Under the pieces are notes generated by a model. The model was not told the DNA's origin and searched no databases. It saw only the letters and a program-made list of their open reading frames with translations. Both the position numbers and the translations under genes were made by a program. A stretch of 64,000 nucleotides of DNA from Macrostomum hystrix. Lineage: Eukaryota; Animalia; Platyhelminthes. This document shows positions 47,966 to 61,900 of the stretch, in pieces (the first letter of the stretch is position 1; each line of letters starts with the position of its first letter). The stretch lies in the NCBI GenBank assembly GCA_950097015.1, contig CATNEN010000010.1:1-64000 (forward strand), in the 5' to 3' direction.

Positions 47966-48731
47966 CCTAAACTAACAAATTTAGCTTTAATTAAAGCTTC
48001 TAAAAATCTTACATCTAATTGGAAAATGAATTTTTGTGGGATAAGTAAATCTTTCAGTCGAATTTAATTTAAGAAAGCTGCAGAAAGACCACAGAACCCC
48101 AATTACCCCGGTCCCAAATCCAAATCCCAAATCCGATCCCGAATCCCCAACACCTTTACTGCTGCAACAATTGCAGGTAAAATGCTTCTCATGCGCTTGA
48201 ATATTTGCTGCCTGGGAAGGCATTGGGAATCTGTGATTTAGTGCTCAGTGCAGAGCAGAATAGTAGAACAATCAGCAATCACTCTCTTGATCAGGAATTC
48301 GGAATTCAAGGAATAGCGATCGGCGGCAATAGGATAAAAAACATCAGATAATGGGAAGATAAAAACGGTGAGAATCGCCAAAAAGGAGAAACGGGGGAGC
48401 GAGTTGCAGCTGAAATCCCATCTCTAGTGCTCAGGGGAGCAGGCAGTGTAAATAATGGATGCTGGCATGACTCGCAGGCCTTGCTTCTAGAAGCAACTCG
48501 CCTCACCGACAGGGAAAAGTGCAGCCAATGGCGGGGCGGGGCCTTGTTGCCTTCTCGCTGCCTTTTAAGGCCGTACAATGGGAAATAAATATCCCTCGGC
48601 AGCGCCGACAGCTCTCCACGGTTATCCTAATTTGTCCTGAGCACCTGAGCGACTGCTCAATTTTTTTACTTTGCAAATAATAGGATTTAAATATGATACA
48701 GACTTGACTCAAGCTATTTCAGGGATTCAGG

Positions 48732-49001
<270 letters not shown>

Positions 49002-50657
49002 GATGCTGGAATAAATGCGGGAAATTCACAAGCAATTCGCGGCTTCCACTGTTTGGAGCGGGCGGATGGAAGCCCAGTGAAGCGCAAAATTTCACGCACC
49101 GCCAGGCACACAGGGCTGCTCACTTAAACTACCTTCGCGATTTCTTTCAGGTGAAGCCCCAGAATCTGTTTGCCGCCAGCAGCAGCATTTCCCATGAAAT
49201 CCCGGGAAAATTCCATCGCTCTCGATTCCATGGCTGCTTTGTTCGATAATATGTTCGAAAAAAGTCGAGCGATCGACTTTGAATCGAGGAAAGTGAAAAT
49301 CACGGATTAACTTCGAACTTCAGGTTGCAGCTGAGAGAACCCGGGAACTCCTGCCGAGCGATCGAGCAGCTGCAGTTTCACAACTGCCTCCCACCGATTT
49401 CTGAATTTCCTCAGAAACTGGCTAATTAATTGTTCTCAAAGCTGTGATGGATCTGCACAAGCAGTCTGAAGTGTGTGCGTGAGTCAGCTATGATGACAGG
49501 TGACAGGTGAGGGGGCAGATGAGCATCAGGCTCTAATTACTCTGGCCGGGTACGCAGCAGGTGGATTTAGTCAAAGCAGTTCGAATGCTGCCCAACCCAC
49601 AGTGAGAATTTTTTCCGGCGAATTTCAAAGCGGAAGCTCATTGACTCCTGGGCCCTGACTTGCAATGGTCGACGCGAATTGAGTTGTGAGCTGTGATGCG
49701 GGAGAATTGAGTTGTGATCGCAAGGCTGTGATGCGGGAGAATTGAGTTGTGAGCTGTGATGCGGGAGAATTGAGTTGTGATCGCAAGGCTGTGATGGATT
49801 TTCATGACGATTGGTTGAATATTTTTGGATATAAAGAAAGGAGAATTTATTTTGGTATTTGAAATACAAATTTTGATTGAGTTGGGAGGTTCTTCCCGAT
49901 CGTTTAGCCAGGGATTTTTTCTATTTTTATCAATAAAATCCCCCGAAATTGCGTGACTCCGTCTCAGATATTGCTGATCTGTCATCTGTCATGCCCCGCC
50001 CAGAGCCCTGCTGCTGCTGCTTTGGAATGCGATACTCAGCAAGCCGCGAAACCCAGCAGCAGTAGACAGGTATGAAAGATTGAATGCCAAAAATTGAAAT
50101 TAATAAGTTTATCATTGTGGGCTAATTTTTATTTCTTGTAACATTGCGCAGCTCGGCTAAAGATAACCGACATTTCCTGTTATTTTAGAATAACATGCAG
50201 CTGCAGCTCCAATCACGCACAGTGCCTCAGTCTTAGGAAAATGTCAGCCTCCCCCCGCCTGCCTGGTTCAGAGCATTGTAGCTAAGGGCGCCACCCTAAG
50301 GGGAGGGGGGGTGTGGGAAAATTCTGCGAAAAACAAGCCAAAAAACTGCGCTACAATTGGACAATAAAAAAATTGAACGCGTGCTCGCAAAATTTCAGCC
50401 TTAAGTGTTGATTATAGACTAACAAAAGGTAACACTTTGTGCTCTGCAGGTAACAATTCATCTAAAGACGCGTGAAACAGCTAAAATTCGGGCAGTTGCA
50501 GGCAGCTTGTCGGCTTTTGTCAAGGGTTTCAAAGAAAGTGAGTTTCAATATTGCCAACACTGGCCTCATTATGGCCTTATCTGGATGTGCAAAAACACAT
50601 TATCGTTGTCTGAAGTCTGCCGCAGTAATACTGACAGTCGCAGGGTTGCTGGCCGTT

Positions 50658-53600
50658 TCACAGCTGGCTGACCATGACGGGTCGGTAGCCAAGAAGGCCG
50701 TCCAGCTCCCACGCACCGCCTCCGCTGCCGCCTCCACCGCTGCTGCCGCCACCGATGCCGCCGCTCCCGCTGCCTCCACCGTCGAGCCGGCCGATGCTCC
50801 GTGAGCTGCCAGCGGGCGAGCGGGAGCGCCGGCACTGATGATGCTGGACGAAGGTCACAGCCTCGACTGCCAGCTCGTCATCGCCCAAGTTGTCGTCGAA
50901 ATCCTCGAAGCAGCCTGGAGCAGCGCATGAGTGGCGCCGCAGCGCCAGCGGTGCCCCGCTCTGGCGACCCCGCGAGTGGCGCAGGGGAGCCTCGCACGGT
51001 GGCCCGGGCCAGTTGCAGGACTGGGTGGGACTGCAGTCGCAGGTGGTGGCGCCGGCCGCTGAGAAGCGATCCACCCGAGCATCACGAACTGCCAGACGGT
51101 CGTCCTCGATACAGCTGCGCGGACGGCAGCTGTCGCCGCCCTGCCCTGCGTTGGTCCAGCACTGGCCGAGCCTCGGCAGGCGGATGTGCTCCCGGAAGTG
51201 CTGGTTGAGGCCCAGGTAGATGAAGAAGTTGAGGTTCAGGCACAGCAGGTAGACGACTTCGCTCAGCGGATGGAGCCGGCGGTAGAGCGGGCAGCAGACC
51301 CAAAGCAGGCTGGTGCCGCAAGGACAGCGCGCGTAGATGAAGGCAAAGACGTCTTTCAGCAGCAGCGAGCGGGGCACCTGGCCGGCAAGGAAGACGAAGA
51401 TGACCACAATGAGCAAAATGGTGAGATTCTTCTGAGCTCGGATGCGGCTGAGCGACGCCTGCAACACCTTGGAGGTGCGATTGGCTGCCGGGTCTTCCGC
51501 TTGGCGCGGCTGATTCGCGCTATTGGCCCTCTGATGGCGCAGCACCAGAAACAGCAGCATGGTGTTGTTCATGGCCAGCAACGCGAAGGGCAGAATGGAG
51601 GTGAAGGCCAGCTTGATGAAGGCGTAGGCGCCATAGTCCAGAGAGCTGCCGAACCGGGTCTGCTCGATCGTGATGAACCGGATGGTGGCGTTGCTCCCCG
51701 GCGCTACTCGGCTGTTGAAGGCGATGCCGGAGGTGAAGGAGTTTGGCAGGTTGAACAGGAAGCTGAGGCAGCAGACGCACACGATGGTGAGTTTTGTGTC
51801 GTTGCGGTGGCAGCGGGTGCGCCTGAAGTGAAAGTACTTCATGGCCATGTACCGCTCGATGCCCAGAATCACCGTGAGCCACGCGCACACCGTCTGTAGG
51901 GTGAAGTTCGCCGTGGTCGTGACGTAGACACTGGCAAATGCCAGGCCGGAGCGCAGCAAGTGGAAGGCCTTGGCGTGGCAGGGGAACTCACCAGGGTGGT
52001 CCTGACACCTGCGGAGACAGAATGCAATTTAGCTGCCTGACTTCAGAGAGCAATGTCTGGGGCGGAGTTGGCTGAGGCTGGGGCGGAGTTGGCTGAGGCT
52101 GGGGCGGAGTTGGCTGAGGCTGGGGCGGAGTTGGCTGAGGCGGGGGCGGAGTTGGCTGAGGCTGGGGCGGAGTTGGCTGAGGCTGGGGCGGAGTTGGCTG
52201 AGGCTGGGGCGGAGTTGGCTGAGGCTGGGGCGGAGTTGGCTGAGGCTGGGGCGGAGTTGGCTGAGGCGGGGGCGGAGTTGGCTGAGGCGAGGGCGGAGTT
52301 GGCTGAGGCTGGGGCGGAGTTGGCTGAGGCTGGGGCGGAGTTGGCTGAGGCTGGGGTGGAGTTGGCTGAGGCTGGGGCGGAGTTGGCTGAGGCTGGGGCG
52401 GAGTTGGCTGAGGCTGGGGCGGAGTTGGCTGAGGCGGGGGCGGAGTTGGCTGAGGCGAGGGCGGAGTTGGCTGAGGCTGGGGCGGAGTTGGCTGAGGCTG
52501 GGGCGGAGTTGGCTGAGGCTGGGGTGGAGTTGGCTGAGGCTGGGGCGGAGTTGGCTGAGGCTGGGGCGGAGTTGGCTGAGGCGGGGGCGGAGTTGGCTGA
52601 GGCGAGGGCGGAGTTGGCTGAGGCTGGGGCGGAGTTGGCTGAGGCTGGGGCGGAGTTGGCTGAGGCTGGGGCAGAGTTGGCTGAGGCTGGGGCGGAGTTG
52701 GCTGAGGCTGGGGCGAAGTAGGCTGAGGCTGGGGCGGAGTTGGCTGAGGCTGGGGCGGAGTTGGCTGAGGCTGGGGCGAAGTTGGCTGAGGCTGGGGCGG
52801 AGTTGGCTGAGGCTGGGGGATCAAGCCCCAAGAATTGCTGGATTCTGTGACAAGGAAAATGAATTTAATCTGTGAATTTTTAATGCGATGTCGCAGCTGG
52901 AGCTATATGGTGTTGGGGGGAGGGTAAGTACCAATCATTCACGCAATGAGGGGGATGTTTATCTGATGGGCCTGAAATCCCTGCCTCATCGCAGCTCTGA
53001 TCCCGAGAGGTAATTTTTTAAGCAGCCTTCCCACCTGCATTAATAAGAAATCCCTTTTATTGCATTGCTTTTTTCTGCTACTAAAGCAATGATTACAATG
53101 GAGGCCCCCATCCTGCCCTGGATGCAGAATCTGGGATCTGGTGCAGCTGGGGAGGAGACAATAGGCCAGCTGACTGCCTGGGCTGCCGCAAATCAAAGCG
53201 AATGCCCCGCTGCCAACCCGCTCTCAGAGGCCGCATCCGCCTTTGTTCTACCCGATTCAATCGCCCGCACTTCGAGTTCCCAGTAATTTACTATTTCGAA
53301 ACTTTCAGCACATACTGCTCCATGCACTTCTCATCGATGCATTACCCCCACAGTTACTTACATTACACGTACATTACACTTAGATTCCACTTTCATTCCC
53401 CTGTAGACAGCAGCCGAAGGTCCTCGGAGCTGCTGAAGATGCTATTGCTAGCGCAAAAGAACGACACGCCCCCACCTTTGTCCAGTGCTGGCTGGCCCGA
53501 GCTGCCCAGGTCGCATCTGTCGGCTCGCTATGCGGGTTGGGCAGCTAACCTCAGGCCCGCATATTGGATTTCCTGTCCACCTCGGCCGGGGCTTCAAGAC

Positions 53601-54882
53601 TTTCGCCCCCTCCATTGTTGACTCCGCACGCTGATTTAATTATTTTCTGATGTATTATGTACTTATTAGTGAGGCCCGGGACACATATGGAAATGCGCCG
53701 CTGCTAAAAGTACATTAGCCAGTTTATCTGCCAGTCAATTCGGGCAACTCTTCGACTGCCGCGTGCCGGCCTCCTAATCATGCCAATTCCAGCCAGGAGC
53801 CCATTGAGAGCCGATTCGCTCAAAGTTGCGACCAACGGGGACCCCTTGGCGCTGCCCATCAGCGGTGCAGCTTTTGTAAATGATTGGCAGCTCAAGAATC
53901 TCGCAGCTCAGAACTCATGGCCAGCAGGAGAACTATGATTCATATTTGAGCGTGTCACGTGCGCAGCTGGCCGGTCAGTTGTGCGGTCAGAAGAAACTGC
54001 GCCACTTGCTCTGGGGAACAAGAGTACTCGATTGCCTTGAGAGTCAGGTGCGAGTCTCTGAGGAAATCAGAGTAGTCTCTCTGGGATCTCTTCTCTTGCT
54101 TTATGCCCCAACAATTCTGAATCCCTCACAGCGCAGACAGCTATAATTGGACCACAATTTATCCCTGTCGAATTGCATGCAGTTGCTATGCTTTCGCCCC
54201 GTACACAATGGCAGATTGGAAACTGTTGACAGCAACCGGTGAGAGGGGGATGCAGGCCGCATGGCAATTACATGATGGAGTGGTTCGGATAATGCATAGT
54301 GCCTGTGCCGTGAACAGTCAAGGTGCGCTCGCACCATTTGTGTGGCCACAAAGAGCTTCGCAATTTCACTGTCATATAGCTCACTTGGCAGCATTAGAAG
54401 TATAGCCTGGATGAGTTCAAGGTGTGCTCAACTGGCTTGAGCAGCCATTAGCCGAAACTCAAAGAGGATTTCTGAGAAAGACCCTCGCCAATGCGGGAGC
54501 CCTTTTGGTCCTACCTGAGCGCCGTCACCACATAGGAGGTGTAGAAGACTAGGAACAGCGCGTCCACCAACGAGATGGCCGCCATGTAGGCATAGGCCGG
54601 ACCTTCAAATTGCTGCCTGCGAAAGATGCGAAAGTTAAGCACGTTGAGCAGGAAGCCGCTGACGCAGAGCAGCATGGGCAGGTAGAAGGTGAACAGCAGC
54701 TCTAGCCGCAGCTCCGGTGCAGTCAGCTGGCACTCGGATCGATTTGCCAAGGCCTGGCGAATGCTGGACATTGGCGAGGCGCATGTCAGGTTTGGCTGCT
54801 CTGGAACAGAAAGCTGCGGCCGCATTGTCGATTGCTTGCTGTTCCTGGATTGACTGGAAATGGCTTGGTTGCTTTTGAGCAT
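50658..54882 (-). CDS. Class A (rhodopsin-like) GPCR, FMRFamide/peptide-receptor-like (~572 aa)
   Basis: Exons (minus) 54882-54515 and 52008-50658, phase 2 (CTC AG|GTAG...CCGCAG|G TGT). Seven hydrophobic segments with GFLLNVLNF (TM1), YMAAISLVD (TM2), IERY (DRY), FLFNLP (TM4), ILPF (TM5), FLAGQVP (TM6) and NLNFFIY (TM7 variant of NPxxY). Confidence 0.9.
52057..52819. repeat. 21-bp G-rich minisatellite (GGGGCGGAGTTGGCTGAGGCT), ~36 copies
   Basis: In the GPCR intron just upstream (minus sense) of the acceptor; explains the PQPQPTP, SANSAPA and GAELAEA ORFs. Confidence 0.97.
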
Positions 54883-56261
54883 TCAAGGCAACCCTAGGCG
54901 GCATTAACCGCGCAGGCTTATACAGATACTCGGAGCGACCAATGATGCAGATGCGAGATGCGAGCTCTAAGCGAAGCGATTGGCTGGGAGCAGCCTGCAC
55001 TGAACTCCCCTGGCCTGCATGACCCTGGGAGCTCAATCCTATTCTCTCTCTTTGATCCCAATCACATAAAATACAGCCTCATTTAAAACAGATTCTGAGA
55101 TCAAATGAGCGACAGCAGATCCGGAAGACCGTGGCATGCATACAATGCCATGCAGTCGTCCTGACATCGACAATATAGTCATATAGAGATTCTGCACTGC
55201 GACTGCATGCTCGAAAGCAGAGCCGCTGTCGAAAATAAGCGAGTCTAAATGAAATCATTTTCTGTGTAATGTTATTTCTATAGGAGTCGACTTCTCTGGT
55301 ACGTCGCAGGATGTCACACAATGAGACAACCTAATTTTCTGCTAACGTCAACCATAAAGCTCTGTGTGTTTGGAATTTCGACAAGGTGCAATTGATAAAT
55401 TCACTTTAATGCGTCTATTCATGCAAATTATGATTAAAGATTCAGGACTACCACGGGCATAACTTAAAAAAATCCATTAGGCATGCTAACTATTCATGTT
55501 ATTAAGTTGTTGGTCTCATTTCAGCACATGCAGGGTGGAATAAACTTCAGCCTTTTTTATTTTTATTTTTAGGCCTTTTTTGTTCTCGTCCGTTTTCATT
55601 TTTTTTGTTCTGATATTCGAGTGTGTTTCTGGAAAAATCTATTTTTTTATTAGTTCGGCGAGGCAAAGCGTATGGTGCAACTGCGTTGTACTATGCGATG
55701 CTCTTTAAATGAAGGAGGACGACGATCAGCAAATTTATTAACTTATTTTTTGACAAGCCATTGCTTTATGTTGCATGAAATTAGCTGAAGTTCAAATTTT
55801 CAGTTAGCATTTGCGTTTTAGAGTATCTATCTATAATTTACAGTACACAGTGTTAATATAATTGTTTTTTTTATCGCTCATGAACAGCTTACTGATAGAA
55901 AACTTACGTACAGCCCTGCTATGTTGTGTCTGCATTTTTGTAGTGAAAATAAATGTATTAGTCTTGTTTTTTGTAAATTTCTGTTGTATCAATCGAAATG
56001 TGTTTTTTAGAGCAATCTAAATGTACTATAGTCTACTTTTGTTAGAGCCATCGGAAAACAAATTAAAAAAAGATACGTTTCCTGGAATTAATTGAAGTGC
56101 ATCCCTAATGACCAATATCAAAAACACAATTCATGATTGTATTTTACGGACTTAAAGAACCGCATTTTATTTACAAATTAAAGATCCATTACGTGTAGTC
56201 TCTTGCTCACTAAAAGGGATTTATAGTTCGAAATCAAATATACAAATATTTACCCCCTCAC

Positions 56262-58806
56262 ATGGCGGCTAAAACTCCCAAACCCGATGATTCATTTCCC
56301 TTGTTCGAAAAATTTACGACATTATCAAAAAAGAAATCCAAACAGAAGGATGAAGGTAATTATACTCATTAAAAAAATATGGTAAAAAGCTGTAACTTTA
56401 TATATCTTTTTTATTTTAATATTTTATCTGTAAGAACAGCAATCCATTTTGGCATAAAATCGGCTACTAGTATCGGCTGTACTACTTTCTACCAGCTACT
56501 TTACATACCTAGATAATTAATTTCCAATGTAATTGTAATGTAATGTAATTTAATTACAATAAACAAAGGCTTATGTACAATATTTTAGCTATAGTATTTT
56601 TCAGGTAACTATAAAATTGATTATGTGCTTTACATTATATGAATGTATAATATTTTTTGAATTAATGAAGAGAAAAAAATTAACATTGATTAGTTCATTA
56701 GTAGTTCTTGAGCCAGTTTTTATAGTGTAAAGAAATTAAATTGCTAAAGTTTTTTTTATCAGAAATCAATTATTTCCATGGCATAATGTTTTTCATCTTG
56801 GCAATAAATTATGGCATTATGCTTAGCTTGTTTAAATCAAATATAAAAATATGGCAATGCCCTAGTTTCCATGTTAATTTTTTACCCCAAATTGTAAGCA
56901 AACAAACAAAAGCAAGTTTAAGCAGTAGAACAGGTCATTGCACTTGAGAAACTGTATTAAAGAGCTTATAGTAATAGATCAGCCATATAGAAAGTTTAAA
57001 AACTCAATTCTAGGTAGAGTCAGTGAAAGAGGAACTTGCAATTCTAAGTCTAAATAAAGTGTTTATAAAAGAAGGACGAAAACTAGCTATGCTTTACTGT
57101 GGACAAGAGGATATAATAAATAGACACAACTAGCTCATGCATGTATGTAGAGTTAATTTCAGATATAATTGCTTTAAAAGTGCATCTGTGTTTTACTTTT
57201 ACTGATTTACATGTTTATAAAAAGAAGCAAAACTAAAAAGCACAATATTATATTTATTTGTAAAGACAAAAGCAGTAAGCTAAAACAAAACAATGTTGGA
57301 AATGTTTTTCTGTACACTCTGTGAACTCCCTAGCCCAACACCCACCCTCATTCCTTGGCAGCTGCTGCCTTGGAGCAGGAGGGCCTAAATGCCATCATAA
57401 CTGATGGCCGGTCTGACGACAAACTCGAGCCTGAAGACTTCAAGCTGGAGGAGGGCGGCGAGCGGCGCATGGTGGTTGAGAAGGATGCTGACGAGGCCCT
57501 GACAAGCCTGATTACGGTGCTGAAGGACTGGCTCAACGAGGTCCTTGTCGCCGATCGCATGGTTGTCCGCTCTCTAGCCGACGATCTCTATGACGGCCAG
57601 GTGTTGCAGATTCTTCTTCAGCGGCTGTTCCATCGAACTCTAGACGAGCCGGAGGTTATTCACTCGGCGCATGGGCAGCGGCAGCGGCTCGAGAGCGTTC
57701 TGAACGCGCTGGACGAACTGCTGGGCCGCAGGGCCGAATGGACGGCCGAGGAGATCTACGGCCGTCAGCTGGTACCAGTGCTCAGACTGCTGGTGGCCAT
57801 CGCCTCCGCGGCCAGGTGACATAATCCGCCCTCCTAATCCAATCCACCCTCCTAATCCAATCCACCCTCCTAATCCAATCCACCCTCCTAATCCAATCCA
57901 CCCTCCTAATCCAATCCACCCTCCTAATCCAATCCGCTCTTCTACTCCAATCCACCCTCCTAATCCAATCCGCCCTCCTAATCCAATCCACCCTCCTAAT
58001 CCAATCCGCTCTTCTAATCCAATCCGCCCTCCTAATCCAATCCGCCCTTCTAATCCAATCCGCCCTCCTAATCCAATCCACCCTCCTAATCCAATCCGCC
58101 CTCCTAATTAACGCAGTCCTGCCTTCCTCCCCTTAATTTAATCTGGCCTCCAGTTCCAATCCAGCCTCCTAAATCCAATCCAAACTCTCCAAACCAATTC
58201 ACCCTCTAATTTAATCCGCCCTCCTAATTCAATCTGCCCTCCTATCCAGTCTCGAGTCTAATCCCCCTGAAACCCATTGTCTCCAGAGCCCCAATCAAGC
58301 TGCCTGGCCGGGTGACGGTGCCGGTGCTGGTGGTGCAGAAGCGTGACGGCGCCCTGCAGTACACAAAGCGGCTGGAGAGCGTCACGGGCCCGGAGGACGT
58401 CTTCTGCCTGGCCGACGCCGAGCGCGACATGCTGGATGAGATCTTCGAGAGAAGCCCCGAGCGGGTGGGCCTCTTGGAGCGCCACCTGATGCTGTTCATC
58501 AACAGCAACCTGGCCTGCCTAAACATCGAGGTGACGGACCTGGCTAGGGACCTGGCCGACGGTGTCTACCTGATCATCCTGCTGGGCCTACTGGAGGGCT
58601 ACTTTGTGCCGCTGCACTTCTACACCAGCGTGTCGGCCACCAAGGAGCAGCGGGTGGCGAACGTGTCTCTGCTGTTCGACCTGATGGAGGACGCCGGCAT
58701 TCTGCGCCCGGCCACTCGGCCCGAGGAGCTCGTGGCCGGCGACTTGAAGGCCGCCCTGCGGGTGGGCCTCCCAATCTTCTCCAAGTACAAGAGTCCGAGG
58801 CAGTGA
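56262..58806 (+). CDS. PARV: Parvin (two calponin-homology domains), ~355 aa
   Basis: Exons 56262-56355, 57362-57815, 58287-58806 total 1068 nt, phases 1 and 2 consistent. Motifs EKFTTLSKKK, EQEGLNAI, LKDWLNEVL, DDLYDGQVLQ, APIKLP, VLVVQKRDG, LADGVYLIILLGLLEGYFVPLH and RPEELVAGDLK match parvin/PAT-6. Confidence 0.95.
57823..58240. repeat. 18-bp minisatellite (CTCCTAATCCAATCCACC), degenerating 3'
   Basis: Parvin intron 2. Confidence 0.9.
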
Positions 58807-58918
58807 TGCCGGGTGTTCGGGACTGGCATTATTCTTCTGTTCAAATCAGAAACGCAATAGTTTGATTGTCCCCCATTGACAATTTTTTCACTCAAGACTT
58901 GCAGTCACATCTTATAGC

Positions 58919-61900
58919 TCGATCAATCTCCCAGATCCTCATATTGAGATCGATCAATCTCCCAGATCCCCATGTCTAGATCGATCAATCTCCCAGATCC
59001 CCATGTCTAGATCGATCAATCTCCCAGATCCCCATGTCTAGATCGATCAATCTCCCAGATCCTTATGTTGAGATCGATCAATCTCCCAGATCCTCATATT
59101 GAGATCGATCAATCTCCCAGATCCCCATGTTGAGATCGATCAATCTCCCAGACCCCATGTTGAGATCGATCAATCTCCCAGATCCTCATGTCTAGATCGA
59201 TCAATCTCCCAGATCCCCATGTCTAGATCGATCAATCTCCCAGATCCTTATGTTGAGATCGATCAATCTCCCAGATCCTCATATTGAGATCGATCAATCT
59301 CCCAGATCCCCATGTCTAGATCGATCAATCTCCCAGATCCCCATGTTGAGATCGATCAATCTCCCAGATCCTCATGTCTAGATCGATCAATCTCCCAGAT
59401 CCCCATGTCTAGATCGATCAATCTCCCAGATCCTTATGTTGAGATCGATCAATCTCCCAGATCCTCATATTGAGATCGATCAATCTCCCAGATCCCCATG
59501 TCTAGATCGATCAATCTCCCAGATCCCCATGTTGAGATCGATCAATCTCCCAGATCCCCATGTTGAGATCGATCAATCTCCCAGATCCCCATGTTGAGAT
59601 CGATCAATCTCCCAGATCCTCATGTTGAGATCGATCAATCTCCCAGATCCTCATGTTGAGATCGATCAATCTCCCAGATCCTCATGTTGAGATCGATCAA
59701 TCTCCCAGATCCCCATGTTGAGATCGATCAATCTCCCAGATCCTCATGTCTAGATCGATCAATCTCCCAGATCCTCATATTGAGATCGATCAATCTCCCA
59801 GATCCTCATATTGAGATCGATCAATCTCCCAAATCCCCATGTTGAGATCAATCAATCTCCCAGATCCCATGTCTAGATCGATCAATCTCCCAGATCCCCA
59901 TGTCTAGATCGATCAATCTCCCAGATCCCCATGTCTAGATCGATCAATCTCCCAGATCCTTATGTTGAGATCGATCAATCTCCCAGATCCTCATATTGAG
60001 ATCGATCAATCTCCCAGATCCCCATGTTGAGATCGATCAATCTCCCAGATCCTCATATTGAGATCGATCAATCTCCCAGATCCCCATGTTGAGATCGATC
60101 AATCTCCCAGACCCCATGTTGAGATCGATCAATCTCCCAGATCCCCATGTCTAGATCGATCAATCTCCCAGATCCCCATGTTGAGATCGATCAATCTCCC
60201 AGATCCCCATGTTGAGATCGATCAATCTCCCAGATCCTCATGTTGAGATCGATCAATCTCCCAGATCCTCATGTTGAGATCGATCAATCTCCCAGATCCC
60301 CATGTTGAGATCGATCAATCTCCCAGATCCCCATGTTGAGATCGATCAATCTCCCAGATCCCCATGTTGAGATCGATCAATCTCCCAGATCCCCATGTTG
60401 AGATCGATCAATCTCCCAGATCCCCATGTTGAGATCGATCAATCTCCCAGATCCTCATGTTGAGATCGATCAATCTCCCAGATCCTCATGTTGAGATCGA
60501 TCAATCTCCCAGATCCCCATGTTGAGATCGATCAATCTCCCAGACCCCATGTTGAGATCGATCAATCTCCCAGATCCCCATGTCTAGATCGATCAATCTC
60601 CCAGATCCCCATGTCTAGATCGATCAATCTCCCAGATCCCCATGTCTAGATCGATCAATCTCCCAGATCCCCATGTCTAGATCGATCAATCTCCCAGATC
60701 CTTATGTTGAGATCGATCAATCTCCCAGACCCCATGTTGAGATCGATCAATCTCCCAGATCCCCATGTCTAGATCGATCAATCTCCCAGATCCCCATGTT
60801 GAGATCGATCAATCTCCCAGATCCCCATGTCTAGATCGATCAATCTCCCAGATCCCCATGTCTAGATCGATCAATCTCCCAGATCCCCATGTCTAGATCG
60901 ATCAATCTCCCAGATCCTTATGTTGAGATCGATCAATCTCCCAGACCCCATGTTGAGATCGATCAATCTCCCAGATCCCCATGTTGAGATCGATCAATCT
61001 CCCAGATCCCCATGTTGAGATCGATCAATCTCCCAGATCCCCATGTTGAGATCGATCAATCTCCCAGATCCCCATGTTGAGATCGATCAATCTCCCAGAT
61101 CCTCATATTGAGATCGATCAATCTCCCAGATCCCCATGTTGAGATCGATCAATCTCCCAGACCCCATGTTGAGATCGATCAATCTCCCAGATCCCCATGT
61201 CTAGATCGATCAATCTCCCAGATCCCCATGTTGAGATCGATCAATCTCCCAGATCCCCATGTCTAGATCGATCAATCTCCCAGATCCCCATGTCTAGATC
61301 GATCAATCTCCCAGATCCCCATGTCTAGATCGATCAATCTCCCAGATCCTTATGTTGAGATCGATCAATCTCCCAGACCCCATGTTGAGATCGATCAATC
61401 TCCCAGATCCCCATGTCTAGATCGATCAATCTCCCAGATCCCCATGTTGAGATCGATCAATCTCCCAGATCCCCATGTTGAGATCGATCAATCTCCCAGA
61501 TCCTCATGTTGAGATCGATTAATCTTCCAGATCCCCATGTTGAGATCGATCAATCTCCCAGATCCTCATATTGAGATCGATCAATCTCCCAGATCCCCAT
61601 GTTGAGATTGATCAATCTCCCAGATCCTCATATTGAGATCGATCAATCTCCCAGATCCCCATGTTGAGATCGATCAATCTCCCAGACCCCATGTTGAGAT
61701 CGATCAATCTCCCAGATCCCCATGTCTAGATCGATCAATCTCCCAGATCCCCATGTTGAGATCGATTAATCTTCCAGATCCCCATGTTGAGATCAATCAA
61801 TCTCCCAGATCCTCATATTGAGATCGATCAATCTCCCAGATCCCCATGTTGAGATTGATCAATCTCCCAGATCCGCATGTTGAGATCGATCAATCTCCCA

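Noticed and set aside
48520-48575. CCAAT + GC-box + TTTTAA promoter-like cluster
   Set aside because: No downstream ORF or paired splice structure could be built; common motifs.
51988-52831. Long PQPQPTP / SANSAPA / GAELAEA ORFs that look like mucins or antifreeze proteins
   Set aside because: Stop-free readings of a 21-bp intronic repeat; the GPCR exons splice around it in phase.
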